From positions 2,108,001-2,172,000 of the forward strand of contig NC_092680.1 in NCBI RefSeq assembly GCF_964355755.1: a DNA stretch of 64,000 nt, given 5' to 3'. Positions 49,826-62,900 of this stretch are shown piece by piece. Origin of the DNA: Antedon mediterranea (lineage: Eukaryota > Animalia > Echinodermata). The notes beneath the pieces were generated by a model. It searched no databases. It was not told the DNA's origin and was given only the letters and a program-made list of their open reading frames with translations. Every line of letters begins with the position of its first letter. Positions within the stretch are counted from its first letter, which is position 1. The translations under genes were made by a program, and so were the position numbers.

Positions 49826-50267
49826 TTTAATTATGAGATTTAATATTAATACTAATACAACGATAATATATCACAATAAACAATTATTAAGGCGATCTTT
49901 GTGACTGTCGAGAGAAAACAGGTTCTAACATGGGGGCTGACATCTTGAAAAGTTTGTTTAGGCTTTTAAAGATATTAATTTATGAAATAATATTTATAAA
50001 GATATATATTATTTATCACATTTTCCAACGTTCAAAAAACAATCAATTCATTTTCTATTATTTTTTGTTACACTTAATCTAATATTTTAAATTTTAAATT
50101 GTATTTTGTCTATTTTAAGAAAACAAATGATCAAAAGGTTAGGAAATTAGAGCCAAAACAACAAACAATGAGAAACAGTTGACGGGATTTCCATTTTTTT
50201 TATTTAGATCAAAATATGATTATTTCTTCAAATTTTTTATTTGTAAATTATAGTTAATTAGTTAATA

Positions 50268-53200
50268 ATGGATAATGTACCAGAAATACCAGAAGATATT
50301 CTCATCGACCTAATTTCGTAAGAGAAATAGCATTTTTGGTTCTCTATACCTTCCTTGATGAGGAGAGAGGGAGGTGGAGAGCTGAGGCTAGCTCAGCTTG
50401 TCTTTTTCCTCTCTCGACTTTGGTAGTCTGCAGCCACCAGCGGCCAATATTTCAGAAGAAGAAGGTTTTTATAGAGGCGCTTTTTACACCACCACCGCTA
50501 TTGTAAACATACAGTATTATTTAGATTAATGATAATAATAATCCATGAATTACAAATTACATAAAAATGGTATATCACATAAATAATAAAAAATTAAATT
50601 GAGGTGTTGCTATATGTATGTATGATCAAATTTACGCATGAAATTCATTGTTTGACTGTGTGCCGATAAAAAAACTTGACATTAGACACTCGGTCGGTCA
50701 ACCGTGCTAATTATCGCATTGTATCAAACAAATGTAATTACTAATTATTATTTATATTATGTACTTTAATATATAAATGCAATAATTGTATTATTTTGTC
50801 TTTCAGCCGTTTTCTGTTAAATGTGCCATCTGTAGAACGCAATAATCTGATTCGTGTTTGCTTTCAAGTTGAACTTGCTCATTGGTTTTACCTCGACTTT
50901 TATCGACAAGAACAGCCAAGCCGTCTTCCTGGGTGCAGGATTGTAGATTTTGCCAAAGCAAATATCCTTTACTGGTTTTATTTTACTCTATGAATAAACA
51001 AATCAGTTTACCATGAGTCATGTTTAGCATGTTAAAATTATCGAACCAGTGAAAAATGAGTTTAATACATTGTTTACTGACCGGGTATTTATATTACATT
51101 GCCATGAAAATTATTTCTGCTTGTGTGATTGAATTAAAATTACGTTTCGGTAGCCTACTGTAAAAAATAGGGAGTTTTTGCATCATGAGGATGGTAAACA
51201 AAGGGGACAGTAATTAACATTGTATGCCAAAGAGTTGACACATAACTCACTGTGAAATACAAATTGTTCCATGTTTTAACCTTAACTTTGCACACTTTTC
51301 CAAACCTGTCCATATCTCATAGAACACGCAGAACGAACTGAGGAGATTTTGGCTGATTGGAAACAGTACAAAATGAGTGTGCCTACCTATGGCGCCATCA
51401 TTATGGATAAGGATTTAAAACATGTAATTATTAAATCCATTTATTACAAATTGAAGAAACAAATGTTTATGTTGTCATGTTGTCAGTGGGAAGCCAGTGC
51501 CAATGTACTTAATACATACCATTCAAATAGGCGTGATATAAAGTTCTAGATCAGGCACATGTACATTGTAATGTAATGGGTACATGGCTTTACATCCCAT
51601 CTAAAGGACAAGTGACAAGTTATTGAGTGAGAATCTTGTCTAAAGCTCTGTCTACACTATCAAACTTTATGTGACAAAAAATGTGATGTGCCCACATATG
51701 GACATGATGATGACGATATTTAAGCATATCACTACCATATTTGGGCACATCACACTTTTTTTGTCAAACTAATTTGATAGTGTAGACAGAGCATAAGGAT
51801 ATAGCACATTATCTCCAAATCCCTTACCATTACGCCATATTAATCTCTCAGTACCTATTACATAATATTCATAATTATAATAACTTTTGTTGGTTTCTTT
51901 AGGTTTTATTAGTTCAAGGGTTTTGGTCTAAATCAAGTTGGGGATTTCCCAAGGGCAAGGTGAATGAGGAGGAAGCCCCACATGTGTGTGCAATACGTGA
52001 AGTAAGTAACAATATGTTTCTCACTTCTGATGATGAAATAATTGCGAATGAGAATAATTTGTATAGTAGGTCATGGTGTGAATCTAAACCATAGTTTTTT
52101 AAACAAAAAAAATCTTTTTGATAATTATAATTATAAACAGTTTCAGGAGCGTTAATTGTGAAATAACATGTTTGTTTTGTGAAAATATTGTTTAATTTCA
52201 GTTATTTTAGATGATAATTCTCTAGACTAAGCCTAGCTAGCCCTAGGCCAAAATCATCCAGATTTTCATGGAGAAATAACCAATTTTCTGGTAGGCGGGG
52301 ATATGCATTAAAAATCGGGGAAAATCGGAAAAACCCGCTAATTTCGGGTAACTTGGGACCCCTGAATACAGGACAAATTTAGTATGTAGGATATAGTTGA
52401 ACCCCTATTAAGACGACACTTGCGGGACTGAACTTAAGAGTTGGTCATAGGGGTTAAAACATATTGCCCTTCGTTTCAAGTGTCCTCTGAATAAGAGGTT
52501 CTTCTGTGTGCAGTTTAAAATCCATTAATGTATTATTTTTGTTAGAACTGAGCATTATAGTATCATATATGCTATACTTTATTTACTGTTTTTTGTTCTT
52601 TGCTTGTAGGTAATGGAAGAGACGGGATTTGATATAAATGATTTTATAGATGAAGATCAGTATATACAATTAACTATACATGACCAAGTTGCAAGATTGT
52701 ATATAATAACTGGAGTTCCATATGAAACATCTTTTCAACCAAAAACTAGAGGAGAAATAAAGGTATACAATCTATTTCAAATCTATCACATAGGTGATCC
52801 CCCCCCCCCCCCAAATTTTGACAATTTTAATGCAAAAGATAGGACACTAATATCAGTACGGCACCTACAATTTGCATTTTTAGGCCATGCCCCCTCCCCC
52901 CCCCCCCCCTTATTTCATAATCCTGGATCTGCCACAGATTCATACAGTCATGCCAAAAAAAAATCAATTTCAGGTCCATTAAAGAGAAATTCATTACACA
53001 TTCTTTACTTAATTAACGCCCTTTTCTCGCTAATGAAGTAACATTTTTTTCAGGAAATCAAGTGGTTTAATTTAGATGATTTGCCATCACACAAGAAAGA
53101 CAATGCACCAAGAGTTAACTTAGGCCTGAACCAAAATAATTTCTTTATGGTTATGCCTTTCATAAAGTAAGTTATAATATTTCATTCCATATTTTATTTA

Positions 53201-54279
53201 AACATAACCATGAAATGAGTACTATCAAGTACTGCACAGTTACAAAAACATATCAAAATTAATTATTAAAATATTGGGTTACCATTTTGAGGTCACTGTA
53301 TAATGGTTCAATGTCTTGGTTCCAACCTGTAAAGCTCTGTCTACACTATCAAACTTTATGTGACAAAAAAAAATGTGATGTGCCCATATATGGACATGAT
53401 GATGTCATATCACTACCATATTTGGGTATATCACTATCATACTTTTTTGACAAAATAGTTTGATAGTGTAGACATATATTAAGAGCACATCTGATATGTT
53501 TTCACATAACTTTTTTCAATAGACAATTGAAAAAATATGTAAACAAGAAACGATCACAGACAAAAGCGGCAGAAACACCGCTAGATAGCCTCTTACTAAA
53601 CGCTCAAAGCAAACAACAAGTTCAAAAGGTGGAACAGCAAAATTCCCCCGTAAAACCGTCAAAAAATGGCCCACAAGAGACCAAGCAGCTAACTGATAAA
53701 CAGAGGCAACGCCAACAAAAAGCCTTTGCTCTCAAGAACCAAAGTGAGTTCTCGCAATACCTCAAGTTCCGTGACTCTACTGATGGTAATAGTAATGGAA
53801 CACCTGGCAAGAAGCAGGGAGTTCAGAACCAAAGGGGGTCAAGAGGAAGAGGGGCTCAGCTAAAGCAATATCAGATTCTGGTAAGTGTTAGAGTTTTATT
53901 ATTACAATTACAGATATTATGTTTTTACTTATTTAGTTGTTTTATTGTATTCACACTCCAATCCACACCAATTAACTCATGTTTATATAAAGCTCTGTCT
54001 ACACTAGTTTGACCAAAAAAGTGTGATGTGTCCACATTACATGTTCACCATTAATTTATACACTATTTATTGACTCCATTTCAAAGTTCCAATACCTAAT
54101 TTCAATCAAGAATAAACTTTAATGTTTTTATTTTTTAGACTAGAGATAAAAAATCCAAACAAGATGGAGATAGCACACCTACTAAAGATGTGACACCGAT
54201 CAGGTTTTATGCAAAGGCATTCCTTAACTTTGAGATCAATCGTGAAGAAATTATGGCTGCTTATGATGGGCTGTTATAA
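50268..54279 (+). CDS. DCP2: mRNA decapping enzyme 2; ~8 exons
   Basis: [45 protein letters not shown], Nudix box [28 protein letters not shown]-terminal [13 protein letters not shown]. Confidence 0.97.
50962..51295 (+). other. U12-type AT-AC intron in DCP2
   Basis: 5' ATATCCTTT, branch CCTTAAC at ~51280, 3' CAC; removal gives FAKA-I-FQTCPYL. Confidence 0.95.
51644..51793. mobile_element. MITE family A copy
   Basis: TIRs, TAA TSD. Confidence 0.9.
53333..53476. mobile_element. MITE family A copy
   Basis: Left TIR intact, right TIR eroded. Confidence 0.85.
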
Positions 54280-54796
54280 AAACACTACTAAAGCTCTTTG
54301 TACACTATCAAACTTTATGTGACAACAACATTTGATGTGCTCATATATGGACATTATGACCATATTTGGGCACGTCACACTTTTTTATTCAAACTAGTTT
54401 GATAATGTATTTACTATTATTATTATTACTATTACTCCCTCTTCAAGTATATCCCTGCAAAGCTAAAAACACACCGACATCATTTCCGGATTTTTTTATC
54501 CCAGTGTAAAATTAACATTCATGTATTGTTTATAAAATTGTAAATATAATTATTGTACAATCACAAAAAACAAATACATATTTTATACGTAAAAAACACA
54601 AAATAATTCATGTAATATTACTATCCTGCTGCCTCTCATGCTATTTGAGATTTTCAAAGAAATTGTATGTGTATATAAATGCAAAAACATCTTTGAAAAG
54701 TAAGACTTATTTTTGTTTTAAGCACAAACAAATGTATAGTTGTATTTTTATATGTTTGCACTTTTCTTACTAAAGTGTTTATTACAGTTTAAACTA

Positions 54797-55003
54797 GGCA
54801 CGGTTGACCGACCGAAAGTGGCATGGTTGACCGACCGAAAGTGGCATGGTTGACCGACCGAAAGTGGCATGGTTGACCGACCGAAAGTGGCACGGTTGAC
54901 CGACCGAAAGTGGCATGGTTGACCGACCGAAAGTGGCATGGTTGACCGACCGAAAGTGGCACGGTTGACCGACCGAAAGTGGCATGGTTGACCGACCGAA
55001 AGT
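54797..55003. repeat. 23-bp tandem repeat x9
   Basis: GGCA(T/C)GGTTGACCGACCGAAAGT head-to-tail with no spacers. Confidence 0.97.
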
Positions 55004-56890
55004 GGTTCATCGTTTAATGATTTTGACCCTCGGTTGCCAATAGAAATATACATGGTTGCCTTTATTATCATTTAATTTGTTCTATAATGTTTAACACTTA
55101 GTTTACAAATTAATTATGCACAAGGCCGATGAAAGTCTGGATATCTATTTTTTCCATCAATAGTAAATTAATTGTTAAAATTAACCTGCTTATTTTAAGA
55201 CTTTTCATTCATTATAAATAATGTCTCCACATTTTAATACATTTATATTAAATAGAAAAATGCTATGTTATTTCAGTATATCTGTATCTGATCAGCTTTA
55301 TTTTTATACGTTGTGCATAATATTATTTTATCTTGATTTGCCTAGCTTTTGTACTGCTTTGTTTTTAATATTTACAGTACTATGCAAGTTAAACTTATGT
55401 AAGTCAGTACGGAAAACAGCCGTTTTACTGTAAAAGTTTTATCTTTATCTCTGTTGAATGAATGTCAAACAGTTTAACAATAGAATGTATATTTGATTCT
55501 ACTTTTTAGTAAATTTGAATCATTTATTACTAGTTTCTATAGGACAATAGTATTAATCCATAATATTATATAGTAATACTTGTTATATAAATATCAGTCA
55601 AAGTATGTACAGTACAACAATGCAATGTATTTTATAGCAAAACTTCTTTAATTTGAATGCTGTAGCTATAAACAGTGTTATATCCATAATCATCTGTATT
55701 ATCAAATCTATGTATTTTGTCAGGTATAAAATATTTTGATTCTTTCTCTCCCCCCCCCCCCCCCCCAAAAAAAAACAAAAACCAAGCTAGCGAAATGATC
55801 TCCTCTTGTGACTCATAAGCCATGCCGGCATCTTTTTTCTGTGTAGTTGTCATAACATTGCACAATAACCTGTTCAGTAGGTATAATTGTATACTTCTTC
55901 AAAATTACTAATAGCAATAGTGTTCTGTTAAGTTACTGTTTTAGTATTAATTTGCAATGTCTTGTCTAAAACCTGTGTTTTATTCAACATAATATTTCAC
56001 AATAACTATACATCTTAAACCCTTTTAGTGTAGGTATAATTTTATACTTCTTTTGAATCTGGTTAAAAGCAATAAAAACAATAGCAATAATGTTCTGTTA
56101 AGTTTTAATTTGCCTTGCTCACATTATGTTTTGTTTTTATTATTGCATTAGATGAAACTCAAGATAAATAAAGTTTATAAGATGCTCAGTCTTTGGTGAA
56201 TTATGATTATTTACAAGTCTTCATCTCGCAAACGAAATTATGATATGTACTTTTTTAATTACTGATAACTGCTATAAGTCAATATTTGTATGTTTGAATA
56301 GATGCAATATAGGATAATAATTTTACAATTATTTATTTATAATGTGCTTAAGAGAAGATAAAGTTTAAAATTGTCATGGGCTTTACTGATGGTTTTATGT
56401 TATTATATGCATTCAATAATCGAAATGAAACATGAACATTGATTCAAAAGTTATTTAATATTTTATTTTTCAATCAGTGTATCTTAGTTACTGTTAAAGC
56501 ATTACAAATAGTTTATACAGCATAGATACAATATAAAACTTCCTGATGTATAGAACGTGATGATGATGACTTTCTGTTGAACCCTGTTACAAGACTTTCT
56601 GTGCTACCATGAGTTGAAATTGTTGCTTTGTGTCCTACATAAATGTCATAACACACTGCATGCCTGTTCTCCAGCTGAGCTCAGAATTGTATATCATATT
56701 TTCCCTTTGTTTGTACATCTTCACAAGAAAGGGCATTGCAGCTTGAAGTTTTTCATTATCCAGTTTTCTGTGACTGCTCACCATACATGCACAGAGATAT
56801 AGTAATTTTCTCTCTATTATAGTTCTGCTTATCGAGTGATAATTATAAAAGCCGTTCTATTATGCAATCTAGAAGTTTAGGCCTTGCAAG

Positions 56891-57166
56891 CTATGCATCG
56901 TTGAATTCATCTGGCTCTGAGGTGTCGATTGCCTGGACAGTCGGAAACTGCGGTGCAGTTGATGGATCGTTCAGCCTATCCAAAAATGAATTTAGCAATC
57001 TTTTGTTGATATGATCAGTTTGGGTAATTTTTCGTTCCTCCTGTTGATCTCCATTCTCTAAAGATATAGACTCACTTACTGCAGGCGATGGTGAGTGACC
57101 ATTTACAGTGTGATTTTGGCCATTTGTTAGGTTGGCCTGATTCATGTTCCGTTCATTGTTTTCCAT
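56891..57166 (-). CDS. Uncharacterized 91-aa protein
   Basis: AAAATGG start context; low-complexity N-terminus, then amphipathic TQTDHINKRLLNSFLDRLN and an acidic end; divergent from the C9orf85 homolog. Confidence 0.75.
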   Translation of the reverse strand: MENNERNMNQANLTNGQNHTVNGHSPSPAVSESISLENGDQQEERKITQTDHINKRLLNSFLDRLNDPSTAPQFPTVQAIDTSEPDEFNDA

Positions 57167-57559
57167 TTTGTTGCTGTGATACTTCCGCAAAAGTCATTGG
57201 AAGAATTCATTTTTAAATGAACCCACATATGCAAATACATACTTGTAATAGCTGTAAGTAATAATAATAATTTGCTGTTAAATTAAATGATATATGTTAA
57301 AATTTATTTTAAAATGATTTAATAATACAGCATATGCAAAGTAAGCATTATTGAAACTAATTATTTTCCTTTATATTAGTAATTACCCCCGTTTATAATG
57401 GTTGCTTCTCAAATAAGAAGAGTAGTTAAAACACGAACAACCAATCATATTAGGGGTTTCCCCGTTTAAAGGTTTCCCTTTTGCATGTGTTGCACAACAA
57501 AACAAATTGTTTAATAACATTTTCACGTTTCAAGTTACACTTTGTACCTTGTTTCTAGA

Positions 57560-58628
57560 ATGAGTACTCAGAAAGGTAACACCAAAAAGGCTGGTAGTCA
57601 AAAGTACAAAAATAGGTCTGCTTTCAAGAATGATTTACATGACACAAGTCATAAAACTAAACAGTTAAACACTATGGAAATCACAGGGTTATGTCCACGT
57701 TGTGCAGATATGATAGCATGGAAGATAAAGTACAAAAAGTACAAACCACTGACACAGCCTAAAAAATGGTGAGTGTTTTTCTTTTTTATTATAAATTTCA
57801 GTATTTACTTTTGTAATCTTGGATTTCAAAGGTACATGAGGAAGAATAAATATTTATTCTCAAATTTGTAGATGAAAAAATAGTGTAACATTTTTGCATT
57901 TGTTTTTGCCTTTGTTTTTGCCTAAAGACAAATGTGTTTTAACTATTGCTTTTTCAATATATTACAGCACAAAATGTCAACAAAGGACTGTGAAACATGC
58001 ATATCATATAATTTGTATAAAATGTTCAACTGAAGCTAAAGTGTGTGGAAAATGTGGAGAAAGTGGAAAAGAAATAAGAAGGTATACATACAATAATACA
58101 GAAAAAATATAATATTATTATACTATTTTTAATTGTTCAAGTGTTTACCATTATTATTTATAGAAGGACTGACAGCAAATTATTTCTATGTTTTTTTTGT
58201 ATTATTAGACCTAGTACTGTATTACACATCTATTGATATAATATTTTAGAATTTATTTATATGTTAATTTTATGATTGTTTAGTAATTTTAATTGGAGTA
58301 TATCTTTAATATATAATATATTTCTTTATAATACAGCCACGGATTGAGTTCATCAGAACAGGCCTCAATGGACAGTCAATACCAACAAGAATTAAAAATG
58401 TTACCAGAGAGGAAACGACGGGCATTTTTAAGAAACCAAGAGCTGTATGAAGAAAAGGACAAAGACGAAACTCAAGAGGGCACATCTGGTAATGATACAG
58501 AATTGTATAATGAAAATGATACAAATGAATACACAACTGATAATGATATTGATGAATTAAAGGAACCGGAGAGGGATATAGACGAATTAGGGGAGAGTGA
58601 AAATAATTTAGAAGAGAAAAAAGATTAA
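57560..58628 (+). CDS. C9orf85: C9orf85 homolog (DUF2039, Cys-rich); 3 exons (57560-57768, 57968-58081, 58337-58628)
   Basis: MSTQKGN..QKYKNRSAFKNDLHD..GLCPRCADMIAWKIKYKKYKPL..C..CQQRTVKHAYHIIC..C..VCGKCG. Confidence 0.92.
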
Positions 58629-58809
58629 AACAATAAATTTTAATATTCAGGGAACGTAGTAGCCGCCATATATGACAACAAATAAACAATTTTGAGTCTT
58701 GCAAACTAAAAGGGGGAAAATATTATTTACTTTGCTAGAGCTCGGCTTCCGAGTAAAAATGTATATAAAGTAAAATGTGCACCCCCATTAAAACACTCTA
58801 TGGTCATAA

Positions 58810-58920
58810 AGCTCTGTCTACACTATCAAACTTTATGTTACAAAAAAATGTTATGACATCATCATATATAGGCACATCACATTTTTTTGTCACATAAAGT
58901 TTGATAGTGTAGACAGAGGT
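58810..58920. mobile_element. MITE family A copy (internally deleted, near-palindromic)
   Basis: TIRs, TAA TSD. Confidence 0.88.
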
Positions 58921-59236
58921 TAAAACACAGTCATTTCTTTATGCCTGATACGATAGTCCCACTCTCATGATTATCGCAGGAGTCTACAACAGTGTCATCT
59001 GAATGTTAGACATGAATGAAAATACTACACTCTTTTTCATATATCATAAAATTTATTCAGCATATTTAATTATAGAAGAACTATACCATTTTTAATTGTA
59101 ATTATTACAATAATATAACAGATGTTGTCACCATCACAGGTGAACACTGGAAATGAAGTAAATAAATACAGACACAACCACAGAAGTTTGAGTTTTTTTT
59201 AAATGTCATGGAATATTATTTGTTATTGTTATCTAA

Positions 59237-59374
59237 AGCTCTGTCTACACTATCAAACTAATTTGACAAAAAAGTGTGATGTGCCCAAATATGGTTGTGA
59301 TATGACATCATCATGTCCATATATGGGCACATCACATTTTTTTGTCACATGAAGGTTGATAGTGTAGACAGATG
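59237..59374. mobile_element. MITE family A copy
   Basis: TIRs, TAA TSD. Confidence 0.85.
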
Positions 59375-59912
59375 TTAAGAAAATTATGGCAAAACATGCT
59401 TGTTTGTTTATGGTAAAGTATTCCATACAGAAATATCTCCGAGTCTCAAAACAATAAATGACAAAGATTTTTAGTTAATATTTCCATGTAAACATGCAAC
59501 TATCAAACTGCTAGGAAGCACCAGTTCTAAAATTAAATCTTTTATTTCGGAATCTCTGGTCCATAGGAAGTGAAATTACGTATAAGTTAATTTTAAAAAA
59601 TAGGATAGGATGTTTTATCAGGCTAGTAAAGGGAAATCAAACAGATTTATATTGATCCAACTTCATCATTTCGAGAATTGAGGTGCTAAACATATGGCCA
59701 CATTGATAAAGCTCTGTCTACACTATCAATTGAAGATAAGACTGTTAGTGCGCAAATGTTGCATCCACAATAAAGCATCAGTTCACACTTGTAGATCTGA
59801 CAAATTCATAACGCTCCAACAATGTCTGATGTATCTTTCCATCAATGAGAAAACCAAGGCTTTTGAACAACAATCTTGTAAAACATACATCATTGTGATT
59901 GATTGAATGTTA

Positions 59913-62900
59913 TCAAACCCATTGCTTAGCAGAGTTTGCTGACAGATCTAGAACCTTCCATGCTGCCTTTGGGTCAAGTATTTCCTGGTCACGACACAAC
60001 ACCCATACATACGTAACTCGCATCACTTTCTCCTGAAATGACAAATAATTAGTTTTATATTTATTTGTTTTATTTAACCTACAATGCAACAGGCTACATT
60101 TTTTCAATACGAGACAATTTTCAATAACAATCACTACTATCTTAACTTAAACATTTTACAATTCTTAAGGCTCTGTTTACACTATCAGAAATATATGGAC
60201 ATGATGATGTCATATCACTACCATATTTGGACACATCACACATTTTTTGTCAAACTAGTTCTATATTTTATATTTGATGTTGTAATTTTTACTTGTTATT
60301 ATAAGCTGATGTAAAGCCCGGCGCACACTAGAGCTTTCGGCCGAGCCAACTGGCACGAGTAACACTTGGCTCACTAAAAAATTTGCCGCAAACTATGATC
60401 GCGTTCTATCGGACGCACACTAAACGCCTTCAGTACGCGATTTTCTGATTGGATAATTACTTACTACGCTATACAGCACGCGGTGAAATATCATAATAAA
60501 TCAGAACATGTCATGCGCAGTGGAATTTTTTAGTGAGCAGGAAGCTCACGTTTGGCGTGGCCGATTCCTCACGAAATCCCCGGCGCACACTGTGAGGCAA
60601 GTGTTACTCGTGCCAGTTGGCTCAGCCGGAAGCTCTAGTGTGCGCCGGGCTTAATCCATTTCCTTCTTTTGTTAAGTGCCCCATGCGGGATGTATAATAT
60701 AATCTTATATTTCACCTCTAAGCAGTCAATATCTGTATAATATTTCACCTCTAAGCAGGCACTATCTGTATAATACTAATCAATACTTACAGGGTCTCCT
60801 TCTACAATTTCTTCTTTCATATTCTTTACTACCATAATTTGTTGGGCCTGGAATGTGATGACTAGAACTGGGCCCTGCTCCATCATCTTGCCCATTGCAA
60901 TCTAATTTCAAGAAAACATATAATTTATGAAAAGAATGTGCCTAATTTGCTTTTTCTTACAAAGAGAGTACAGTATTTTAATCACTATACACAATTTTAT
61001 AAAAATTACAATACTTCTAAATTTCACAAAAACACTATATTCCTAAAAGAATTATGCTTTTAACAATATTCATATAAAAACTTCTGAAAAAAATCAACTT
61101 ACATCTAGACTGTCTATATCAAGCACTCTTGAATCAAATTTGTATCCCATTGCCTTTGCTTGCTGGATAGGAGTTGCTAACTGGCTGTAAGGCTACAAAA
61201 GAGAAAAATAATATTAATTTTTTCTTGACCAAATCATCGCCTAGCCTAGGAAGCAAGGTCTAGGCCTACCGCGGCAAGCACCACTCTGATCGCCACCAAA
61301 TAACTGCCTAGGCTAGGTCTAGCAAAACAGTTGTGTACTAGAAATGACAACATATACAAGTGGCATGTTTGCACTCTAGTTATGATAGTGCACACATGAC
61401 TCATTTCATTGCATCTCATTGGCTAATAATTTTTAAAACACTGCAGCGTTTCACATTTATTTATTTCAGAACTCATGCCATAGACTTCATCTATTCTGTG
61501 GCATTTTGATCTAATAAGCCATTTTGCCACTTCCAGCCAATCAAAAGCCAGCATACTAGATATGTCATTGGTAATATCAATAACCCAAGAATCTTTTAAA
61601 ACTGAATACAAAAAAATGTGTATATACTTACAGCCTCATAGCACCAATCTTTAAGAATTTCTAGATCTCCACGTATCATTGCCTAAAAGAAAAATTTCAT
61701 TTGGTTTTCTAATTATCTGTAATTATTACTACGACCCAGCAAATGAATCTGCTTCTAACCCCAAAAATGATGGCTCATGTTATCACAGATTCATTTTAAT
61801 AATTTACATATTTTTACTACACATGCATATTGTACAATTATTTACATATAAATGTAACATGTGCTCCTTACCTCTAATACATTTGGAATAATTTCTATCT
61901 CGCACATATTTAAAAATTTCTCTTTACTAAATGATGGATCAATTTTGACAATTTCTGTTAATACTTCCGACGTTTCAGTCGGGCTAAACATGCCACCTGA
62001 AATTTAATAAGAAAGTAGTGAATAAAGTATTGATAAAATCAGGTTTTAAATCATAGGTGGATCCAGTCTGGATACCTCTCCCACCCACCTTTCATATTTT
62101 ACAAGGTCCCTTTCTTTTTTTTTAAAGTATAGAATTGTATTTACGTTCTCGCATTGATACACTCAATTTACTCGTTAAGCAACTTTGGGCCTGGTTAGAG
62201 CTTGGATGGGAGACCATCTGGGAATATCGGGTGCTGTATATGGAGCTGGGGTCCAGTTAGGCATTTGAAATCAGCACTCTTATATGGCAGCCCCTGTATC
62301 TAGTATCTGCCTCAGACGTATTGGCTTTTATGCCTTTCCTCTGGTCAATAGGTGGGCACTGGACGAGAGAAGCCCTTGATCAATGTTAGGACCAATCAAG
62401 GTACTTTAAACAGTCCTGGCTTTGTTTGTATCAAACCTGTTAGTGGCGATAATTATTGTTGTTGGTTTCGATTAAATAAGAAAATAATAAAATAAATAGG
62501 CTGATTGGTGCTATCATATTCAATAGTCCCTGCCCATGGTGAAAAACTAGTTCTATGGTTTGAGCAGAATTCAATACATTTTCTATATTTGTCTAATTAA
62601 AGCAAAGTGTGTAGAGTAAAAAACCAACTCTTACCTAGTAAATTACTAACTCTATCTGTAACTGCTTTAGTTGCTCTAACCATCATGTTCTCACTTTCAT
62701 CATATTTTACTTTCCAATCTAAAATTTCTGTACACAAAAATTGATACATCATTAATTATATTAATATATACTACATAATTAATGAATTTTTAAATTTATT
62801 TAGTTATTATTTTTTTAATAAAGCAATTTAAAATTACTTACTAGTAAACACTTGATTATTGTCTGTAAAGTTTTTCCATTGTTCATAAAATTTAGAATCT

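Noticed and set aside
54748-55071. Repetitive ORFs / CRISPR-like array at the 23-bp repeat
   Set aside because: The ORFs are by-products of a stop-free tandem unit, and there are no spacers
56550-56680. C/D snoRNA (GTGATGA ... CTGA)
   Set aside because: Not in a host intron on that strand; no terminal stem or recognisable rRNA antisense element
62174-62240. Functional 5S rRNA gene
   Set aside because: The 5' third is missing, there are several substitutions, and no terminator follows the 3' end
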